DNA from: Candidatus Poribacteria bacterium
GTDB lineage: Bacteria; Poribacteria; WGA-4E; UBA9662
NCBI GenBank assembly: GCA_046582655.1
Contig: JAYGDX010000254.1
Coordinates: 1 to 17,033, forward strand
DNA: 17,033 nucleotides
Reading direction: 5' to 3'
The notes below the pieces were generated by a model, which did no database searches, was not told the DNA's origin, and saw only the letters and a list, made by a program, of their open reading frames with translations. Of the stretch, positions 1-7,222 are shown piece after piece (positions within the stretch are counted from its first letter, which is position 1; every line of letters begins with the position of its first letter). The position numbers and the translations under genes are program-made.

Positions 1-77
1 ATGATTTATATTGCCATGATACAACTCATGCTTAGGCCACTTGCAATGAACTCAACTTAGAGTTTTTAGACACCCTC
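1..77 (+). mobile_element. 3' end of an IS5-family (IS1031-group) element: last transposase codons plus right terminal inverted repeat
   Basis: Frame 1 reads MIYIAMIQLMLRPLAMNST* (1..60), resembling the C-terminus of IS1031-group transposases (..EAMIYIAMIxLMLRRL). It is followed by TTTTTAGACACCCTC (63..77; reverse complement GAGGGTGTCTAAAAA, typical of the group's IRs) and a TNA-type target TCA (78..80). Confidence 0.75.
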
Positions 78-79
78 TC

Positions 80-738
80 AGACATCTCTAAATCATTCTG
101 CCCAGTATTGAATGCCTCCGTTTGTGAAGACTATCTTCCACACTTTGACCCAACCATATCCTTATGAGATGAACTGTCAGACCATACTAGATTATCTAAA
201 CTAGAATACCAACTGCCAAAGACAATGCATTGAGGCTGAAGGCCACATTCTTTGGCCTGTTGCAACATAGAGGTGAAATGATCGTTCTTGCTTCTCTTAA
301 TTATTGGCTTTGTCATATTCCCTGTGATCACAGGGAATATGACAAAGCCTTCAGTCCATAATATGCTGATCAAGTTGATGCCTTTGACTACTTGTTTATG
401 TTTCCCTGACCAATGTTAGCCCACTAATTCTATTTTATTGGCATAGGGTTTGTCTAAAGTGGTGTTGTCTATGATCAAAACCCCAGCTTGTCGGCCGACG
501 TAAGGTTGTGCCTCCTGCCACAAGATTGAGGGCTCAGATTCTAGTCGCTGCAGCAGCCGATTGCAAGCATCATGGGCAAAAGCTGTCCCCTCTGTGCCTT
601 GTGTTTTGGCCACTTCCAAACAAGCTATAACTCTTTGGAGTAGCTAGTTGAAAGTTGATGTAGTCCGATGGATTACACTTTGTTGGATTCATGCCACTAA
701 TTCTAACCTAATTTTATTGGCCAACTGCGTAATCCATA
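80..738 (-). mobile_element. Degraded IS701-family element (transposase pseudogene ~80..692, left terminal IR ~721..738), interrupted by the IS5 insertion
   Basis: ATG at 692 gives MNPTKCNPSDYINFQLATPKSYS. Successive frames then give AHDACNRLL..LWQEAQ..GVLIIDNTTLDKPYANKIELVG*HWSGKHKQVVKGINLISILWTEG, HIPCDHREYDKA, KNDHF..VFGSWYSSLDNL and, after an apparent deletion, VHLxGYGWVKVWKIVFTNGGIQYWA/NDLEMS. Lesions: frameshift ~630, TAA 416..418, frameshifts ~345 and ~295, deletion ~188, frameshifts ~160 and ~100. The end sequence TATGGATTACGCAGTTGG resembles the IRs of this family. Confidence 0.8.
306..349. repeat. Perfect 44-bp palindrome with no spacer, inside the IS701 pseudogene
   Basis: GGCTTTGTCATATTCCCTGTGA|TCACAGGGAATATGACAAAGCC; the two 22-nt arms are exact reverse complements. 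Confidence 0.97.
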
Positions 739-740
739 CC

Positions 741-3700
741 CTAAAAATTGCGTTGTGGCAAAAACGCCATTGAGGTTTGAAGTGGAAAGGCACAGACACA
801 ACTGGAACTGGCTTCCGGTATTAAAACACAAGCCCACCGGCAGGAATAATGTTAAGCCAGCATCCAGGGCGGCTGACTTAAGTGATTTTCTTAGATGGTG
901 AATTAGTACCGAAATCCATCATCGTTGGGTTGCTGTCCCGATAGAAAATACAAGTCGATGAAGCGGTAATTGTTCTGCATCCGGATCTGACAGGCATCGT
1001 CCAGTCCGAATCCTTGCCACTTGGATTCAGCTGTTTCCCGGTGCGTAGGTCGTATGCCGCGGGTTCGGTGATCACAATATTTCCCACAATTGCTGGGTGA
1101 AGCACTTGTTCTCCGTGATTACCTCCAATACCTGGTCGGCTATTTCGATGATTCGCAGTCCATAAAAGTGCTCCATCATTCCCATTCCAAGCGTGAACCT
1201 GATACCATGTTTGATCATTTTTGTTTATTGATCCAACTGCTATTAGAGTGTCAGTTGCGTAACTGAGATAGAGTGAGTGACGAAGCGGTGGCAGTGTGAA
1301 TGGCTGTTCCCATAGACGATTCCCCGTTCGGGCTTCAATGGCGACTAGACTGGCATCTTGGTTCAGCAGGTTTTTAGCTGTAACACGACCAACTCTGTTG
1401 TTAATAGCTTTTGGGTTACGGCTTTCGAAAAAAAACACTTTGCCCTCACCAATGGTAATTGTTGAGTTCGGAATTATGCCTTGATGGTATTGCCAAGCCA
1501 GATGGTTGTTAGCGAGATCTACGGCAAATAGATGATCGCTGACGACAAGCGGTCGATCATCTTTGTAGTGATCAACAATTGCTTCATAACTTTGTTCTGT
1601 ACGCGAGGCCGTAATCTTTTGCGCGCTGCCAAACAACATGTCATCCGCAACTGCAACGTAGCCCCAATGTCGATCTGATCTACCGATAAGTTCAGAGATA
1701 GAGAATACCGAATAGTCTTGACCCACTTGGGCCAAAATTATCAGGCATTTTTCTCCTGTAGCTACGTACAATCGATTTTGATCTGCCGCCATATAACTGG
1801 TGTCGTATGGAATGGCAACACGCAATGAATTTGCTATTTGACGATCCCAAAGTTCAGTTCCATTATATCCGTCTACTGCTATGACTCGGTCATTTCCTGG
1901 AATAAACAGGCGACCGTAACTGAACAGAGGAGGGACAGTCCGAAGATGCCGGTCAATCATCCGCCGCGGTCCCGGATTACCGAACCATTGGATAGTTAAA
2001 TTGTCATTTACGTGTTGGTCTCTGCTGCAGGCTGAACTACCCAAATCCGCGTATTGATGTGTCCACTCACCGCTGTTTGGCAATCGTCCTCTTTCTCGGA
2101 TTCTCGAAGCGCCATCGGATAGTATCCGATAAGTGACGCCACCGCATGGTCGTAACACACGATCAATTTCGGTTTCAAACTGCTGATCGTTAATGAGAAC
2201 AATGTTTGCAAAATAATCGGTGAATGGTAGCTTATTCCCCGCAACTTTTTGAATGCTGGCATGAGTGCCGTAGATACCTGCTTTTGCCAAAGCCATGCGA
2301 GCTTTTCTTATTTCTTGGGTGTCTTGATCTATGCCGATAACTCTTAAGTCAGAACGAGTTGCAATTTCGTAGGCAAGCTGACCACCATCTATACCAACAA
2401 TTAAGCAAAATCCCTTAGGTAATACTGGTATCACTAATAATTTGGTTAACGATCTCAGTATATTTTGAGGGTTTGCTAAGGGGGCTGGGCATGTTTGCAT
2501 ACTTGCTGGGGGCTTGCTGGTTAGCCATGGATGTGTTAGCTGAAAAACAGTGGATTGTTCCTAGGTCCGTGCTGACTATTAACCTTTGTATCATAGGCGG
2601 CAACTTCGCCTTCTCCACCTGCGAATAATAAGTCACCTGCTTTAATTAATGAATATGGGTGTCCTCAGGGTTTTTTCCATGGTATACAATTGCTGATTGC
2701 TAATTTTATTTGTTCCAGATTCCTGAAAACATTTCTAAGTTGATTTTGGATGACTTTGGCTTGTTCTTGGTTCGATTCTGATTTCAGATACTGATTTAAG
2801 TCGTCCCTCTGATCTTGAAGTTGACGTTGCCGCTGACGTAAGCCGAGTAGTTGGACACGGTCTAAAGCACTAATTTCCGTGTCAGTGTGAAGATAGGACA
2901 TCTCTGGTGTAACAACAATGTGATTGCCGCGGAATGTGGCAAGATGGTCACTTGCTTGGACAGCTGAAATACGCAGTCTTCCATCATTTCCTGGACCCGA
3001 AATTAGTTCATTATCGGTAAGGAGAGCATAGCTTCCTCCCGACGATTCGAAGGATCTGAGATAATGACCGCTTTGCTTGTCAAGTGCGAAAGGATTGGTA
3101 CGGCCAGTTGGAACATAAAGCCGATTCGGTGAGGTCAACAGATACCCCTGTGGTGAAAGTCCATTTAGTTTTTCTCTCCAGATAAGTTCCCCGTTTTCAG
3201 AATTCAGTGCAACTGCAAAAACTCCTTGTGATGGAAAGATACCTGCACAGCAATGCAAAATCCCATTGTCAATCACCACACTCGTTCGTACCGGTTGTAT
3301 TGATATCATGCGTCCATTACCGATAATTTGGCGATTGCTTCCAGCAATTTGGTGTTTCCAGATTAAATTGGCGTTCTCAACATCAAGACAGTAAACAAAC
3401 CCATCATCACTACCGAAATATACTTTCATTTTGGAAACGGACGGAGCAAAACGGATAGGAGCGTTTGCAAAGAAACGCCATAAAACTTTCCCATCATTTG
3501 CGTTAAGGCAGTAAAGCTGATCATCTGATGAAGAACCAAAAAATATTTGTTGATTGACTGCAACAACATGAAATGCTCTATCATAAACGACACGTGGCTT
3601 AATTGATTCAAGTCGTTGCCAATAACTGCTCTTTGCTGGTGGGGGCCAGGATGGTGTTGGCTTTTGAGTCAGATAATAGCGCCATTGCTCAGTCATGTTC

Positions 3701-3897
3701 CTGTCCAAGTTTTCGTCAGTTACGCCGGATCTCTGACTATCATGAAGATAACTGGGCCAACCCGAAGCAGACTTTTGTAATATTTCGGATGATTTTTCGT
3801 CTTCCCTATTGATATTGTTACCCCAAGTGATGTATGAACTGAAAAAAATGAGTAAGAGTATCAATCTAGCATGGGAAATTCGTATTGCTGAGTTCAT
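741..3897 (-). pseudogene. Disrupted large secreted protein: PQQ-like beta-propeller, coiled coil, class I methyltransferase-like domain, second beta-propeller and Cys-rich C-terminus (originally ~1050-1070 aa)
   Basis: ORFs 2665..3897, 2415..2636 and 878..2500 plus a tail to TAG 741..743 are pieces of one gene. Seen: signal peptide, WPSYLHDSQRSG, repeated FGSxDxxxYCL..G..xW blades, GFCLIVG..GQLAYEIA, LPFTDYFAN, RVLRPCGG, GEWTHQYAD, RPGCWLNIIPAGGLV/LIPEASSSCVCAFPLQTSMAF. Lesions: in-frame TGA 2665..2667, deletion/frameshift ~2585, extra base ~2417, in-frame TAA 878..880, extra T ~822. Confidence 0.88.
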
Positions 3898-3920
3898 AAA
3901 ACTTAACCTGTAATTTTTGT

Positions 3921-3926
3921 ATTATA
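3921..3926 (-). promoter_or_regulatory. Candidate -10 box (TATAAT) for the PQQ-propeller gene
   Basis: Perfect TATAAT about 24 nt upstream of ATG 3897. There is no good -35 at 17 bp; a TTGACT lies 26 bp away. Confidence 0.4.
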
Positions 3927-4013
3927 CAGACTTCATCTCGAAGATTAATAAAAGTCAAGTTATCTCCCTAAATTAAGTCAATTACTGACTTTAAATGCCC
4001 TGAGTGTTTGTAC

Positions 4014-4042
4014 TTGACAGTGTTTTTGACCAGTGCTATACT
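4014..4042 (+). promoter_or_regulatory. Near-consensus sigma70 promoter of the four-gene operon
   Basis: TTGACA (4014..4019), 17-bp spacer, TATACT (4037..4042), with an extended -10 TG at 4034..4035. RBS-like GGGAGAAG lies before ATG 4074. Confidence 0.85.
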
Positions 4043-4073
4043 AGGCCATCTAACTGGAATTGGGAGAAGTCGG

Positions 4074-5099
4074 ATGATTAAAAATAGTGTGTTCGGTATT
4101 GGGCTTATTTTTTCGGTTTTGCTTTTGGGCCTACCAAATGGCGCCATGGCAGGGAGTTGGGAGATATTGCAAAAATACGATCGGGAGCACGATTATTTTG
4201 CATTTTTCTTTGTTAGTGCAACTGATGGTTGGGTCGTTGGTGAATCGCCTTTTGAATTAGATAATAAAGGCTTTATTGGATATACAACTGATGCTGGTAA
4301 GACTTGGCAGGCGTCGGATGCTACGGTATCGGAAAGATTACAGTCTGTTTACTTCTTTGACAAAAAACACGGATGGGTTGTTGGGGACAAGGGACTGGTA
4401 ATGAGTACTGTAGATGGCGGAAAAAGTTGGAATGTACAGACCAGCAAGGTCGAAATAAGTGGCATTGGTCTATCTGACGTACATTTTACTTCAAACCAGA
4501 TTGGTTACGCTGTTGGAATGGGTGAAACGATTATCCGCACAGCTAACGGCGGTAAGACGTGGAAAATACTTCGTGGTGGTCAAGCAGCTGGGGGTGTGGG
4601 TGATGATGATACCAATGTTTTTAACGCTGTACAGTTTATTGATGACTCAACTGGTTGGGTTGTTGGTGCGAGTCTGAGCCCCTCTACTGGTGGACAAAAA
4701 ACCTTGATACAAAAAACTACGGATGCTGGTCGGAACTGGGTTGATCTGCCAGTTTCAGGTGATGATATTTTGTCGGACGTCTTTTTTGTTGACGCTTCAA
4801 ATGGTTGGGTTGTTGGAGGAAATGGCGTAATTTTACGCACCTCAAATAGTGGAGAGAGTTGGGAGCGTCAAGAGAGTAATTCTCCAGAAAAGCTGCGAAG
4901 TGTTGTTTTTATCAATGAAAATGTAGGCTGGGCAGTTGGTGGTGAATTGGGTGTTAATGTCGTCTTGCAGACTGAGGATTCTGGTCAGACATGGGTCGAT
5001 CAGAGTAGTGGAAAGCTATATGCTCAGGACATCGGGAGCTTTGAAGATAATGTTTGGATTACTGGTCAAAATGGTTTCGTGAACAAGTACAGTAAATAG
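4074..5099 (+). CDS. Secreted YCF48-related / BNR (Asp-box) repeat beta-propeller protein, 341 aa
   Basis: Signal peptide MIKNSVFGIGLIFSVLLLGLPNGAMA. Six T-x-D/N-x-G-x-x-W boxes alternate with L..V.F.D...GWVVG blades. Start moved from TTG 4008 to ATG 4074 because of the promoter and RBS positions. Confidence 0.88.
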   Translation: MIKNSVFGIGLIFSVLLLGLPNGAMAGSWEILQKYDREHDYFAFFFVSATDGWVVGESPFELDNKGFIGYTTDAGKTWQASDATVSERLQSVYFFDKKHGWVVGDKGLVMSTVDGGKSWNVQTSKVEISGIGLSDVHFTSNQIGYAVGMGETIIRTANGGKTWKILRGGQAAGGVGDDDTNVFNAVQFIDDSTGWVVGASLSPSTGGQKTLIQKTTDAGRNWVDLPVSGDDILSDVFFVDASNGWVVGGNGVILRTSNSGESWERQESNSPEKLRSVVFINENVGWAVGGELGVNVVLQTEDSGQTWVDQSSGKLYAQDIGSFEDNVWITGQNGFVNKYSK

Positions 5100-5114
5100 C
5101 ACAGCAGGTTGTAT

Positions 5115-6281
5115 ATGTTGAAGTTAGCTGAGCGAATGAATCGGTTAAGCACCGAATCTGCTTTTGAGGTTTTGGCCAAGGCAAGGGATCTAGAAGCGCA
5201 AGGCAAAGACATCGTTCATTTGGAAATTGGTCAACCAGACTTTAAAACGCCGGTTAATGTGTGCCAGGCTGCATTTCAGGCGATGAAAGATGGACAGACA
5301 GGTTATAGCTCTCCGGCAGGATTACCAGCGTTTCGTGAGGTGGTTGCAGATTGGGTCTCAAAGACGAGGCGTGTTTCGGTCAAACCTGATCAGGTATCTG
5401 TAACTCCTGGAGCGAAGCCGATAATTTTTTTTGCTATTCTGACCTGTGTGGACGATGGCGATGAGGTTATCTATCCCGATCCTGGGTTTCCCATCTATGA
5501 ATCGGTCATTCATTTTATTGGGGCTAAACCGATACCGTTACCGTTAAGAGAATCAGTTGATTTTCGGTTTCGAATTGAAGATCTGGAGAAAATAATCTCA
5601 GATCGAACCCGGTTGCTAATCATCAATTCACCCCAGAATCCGACTGGAGGGGTACTGACCCAGAGTGATTTAGAGGCGATTTCTGAGTTGGCGATTAAAC
5701 ATGATTTTTACGTTTTGAGTGACGAAATCTACTCACAACTGGTTTATGATGGAGATCATCAAAGTATTTTGTCAATTGATGGAATGCAGGAGCGAACTAT
5801 TATGCTTGATGGTCATTCCAAATCATACGCCATGACAGGCTGGCGACTTGGATATAGTGTTTCTCCCAAACTAATTGCTGACCAGTTTGCCAAATTAATG
5901 GTTAATTTTAACTCATGTACGGCAACATTCACTCAGATTGCTGGCATTGAAGCAATTCAAAACTCGCAGGACTTTGTCAGCCAAATGTGGCTTGAGTTCA
6001 AAACTCGGCGGGATTTTCTGGTCAAAGGATTGAATGAGATTGATGGTATAAGTTGTAAGATACCTTCTGGTGCGTTTTATACTTTTCCTAATGTAACAGG
6101 TATTCCCATGACATGTGCTGAATTTTCGGATTATCTATTAACTGAAGCAGGAGTGGCTCTTCTACCTGGTTCATCTTTTGGCATATTTGGTGATGGCTAT
6201 CTTCGGATTTCATATGCAAATTCCATTGATAATATTCAAGAGGCACTTGTTCGAATTAACAAGGGAATCTCAGAGATTTAG
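5115..6281 (+). CDS. PLP-dependent class I/II aminotransferase (aspartate aminotransferase-like)
   Basis: Motifs IGQPDF, TPGAK, YPDPGFPIY, NSPQNPTG, SDEIY, SKSYAMTGWRLG (PLP lysine) and GYLRISY. Confidence 0.95.
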   Translation: MLKLAERMNRLSTESAFEVLAKARDLEAQGKDIVHLEIGQPDFKTPVNVCQAAFQAMKDGQTGYSSPAGLPAFREVVADWVSKTRRVSVKPDQVSVTPGAKPIIFFAILTCVDDGDEVIYPDPGFPIYESVIHFIGAKPIPLPLRESVDFRFRIEDLEKIISDRTRLLIINSPQNPTGGVLTQSDLEAISELAIKHDFYVLSDEIYSQLVYDGDHQSILSIDGMQERTIMLDGHSKSYAMTGWRLGYSVSPKLIADQFAKLMVNFNSCTATFTQIAGIEAIQNSQDFVSQMWLEFKTRRDFLVKGLNEIDGISCKIPSGAFYTFPNVTGIPMTCAEFSDYLLTEAGVALLPGSSFGIFGDGYLRISYANSIDNIQEALVRINKGISEI

Positions 6282-6297
6282 GAGTGATTAGATCTAA

Positions 6298-7221
6298 ATG
6301 TCCGGAAAGGCAATTGCCTGTGTTCCTGCTAGCACAACAAATCTTGGACCCGGTTTTGATGTCCTTGGTTTAGCCCTTAAACTTTACAGCACGGTTGAGA
6401 TTGAGGAAACCGATTCTGGCGTCAGAATTATTGTTCATGGTGTGGATCAAGATAAAATTCCCACAAGCACCGACAACCTCGCCTTTGAGTCTGCGAACTA
6501 TATATTTCAGCGAGTGGGTTATCAACCAAAAGGTATCAAACTCACAATCACGAATGGCATTCCGGCAATCCGTGGTTTGGGTGGTAGCGGGACAGCAATA
6601 CTTGGTGGTCTATTGAGTGCAAACGCAATTTGCGGAGATCCGTTTTCACCAGATCAGATTCTGGATTTTGCCGTTGAACGGGAGGGGCATCCAGACAATA
6701 TTACTGCATCGCTTTTAGGTGGTCTGACAGTTGCCGTAGTTGACAAGAAAAATGTTAAGGCGGTTAAACTCAGCCCTCCAGAAGATCTACGCGTGGTTAT
6801 TGCTATTCCTGATTACACATTATCAACCAAGGAGGCAAGAGAAGTTCTGCCGCAGAATTTAGATCTTAAGTCTGCAATCTATAATGTGAGCCGATCCTCG
6901 CTTTTGGTAGCTGCTGTTGCGACCGGTAAGCTTGATATGCTGAATGTTGCCATGCAGGATCTACTCCACCAACCACATCGCGCAAAATTGATTCCTGGAT
7001 TTGAAGATGTGTGTAACTCCGCTATTCAAGCTGGAGCACTCAGTGCCGCCTTAAGTGGTGCGGGACCGAGCATTGCTGCTTATTGCATTACCTCGGAAGA
7101 TCAGATTGCTAGTGTCATGATAGATGCCTTTGCCGAAAATGGGTTGAATGCGGAAGCCAAAATTCTAGAAGTTGATTCGGCAGGTGCAACAGTGTCACTA
7201 CACATACATAGTTCGGATTGA
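6298..7221 (+). CDS. thrB: Homoserine kinase (GHMP kinase)
   Basis: VPASTTNLGPGFDVLGLAL, IPAIRGLGGSG loop, EGHPDN, DLLHQPHR and LSGAGPS. AGGAG overlaps the upstream stop codon. Confidence 0.92.
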   Translation: MSGKAIACVPASTTNLGPGFDVLGLALKLYSTVEIEETDSGVRIIVHGVDQDKIPTSTDNLAFESANYIFQRVGYQPKGIKLTITNGIPAIRGLGGSGTAILGGLLSANAICGDPFSPDQILDFAVEREGHPDNITASLLGGLTVAVVDKKNVKAVKLSPPEDLRVVIAIPDYTLSTKEAREVLPQNLDLKSAIYNVSRSSLLVAAVATGKLDMLNVAMQDLLHQPHRAKLIPGFEDVCNSAIQAGALSAALSGAGPSIAAYCITSEDQIASVMIDAFAENGLNAEAKILEVDSAGATVSLHIHSSD

Positions 7222-7222
7222 G

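Noticed and set aside
79..93. CAGACATCTCTAA as a second IS terminal repeat
   Set aside because: It is explained as IS701 transposase codons (LEMS) on the minus strand.
2665..2667. In-frame TGA followed by sensible protein (GHPYSLIKAGDLLFAGG): possible selenocysteine or recoding
   Set aside because: No convincing SECIS-like hairpin follows. The same gene also has an in-frame TAA and several frameshifts, and TGA is the normal stop for thrB and mocA. A nonsense mutation is the simpler explanation.
4008..4073. Track starts at TTG 4008 (also TTG 7172, TTG 5109 and TTG 16725)
   Set aside because: These overlap the promoter or the upstream gene, or lack an RBS. Downstream ATGs at 4074, 7223, 5115 and 16767 fit the RBS, signal peptide or translational coupling better.
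4074..5099. Photosystem II assembly role implied by YCF48 similarity
   Set aside because: YCF48-like propellers are widespread in non-phototrophs, and no photosynthesis genes are present in the window.
5115..7221. CobD/PduX-like (threonine-phosphate decarboxylase plus threonine kinase) cobalamin module
   Set aside because: The kinase has ThrB-specific motifs (NLGPGFD, EGHPDN, LHQP.R), the PLP enzyme looks AspAT-like, and no cob genes are nearby.
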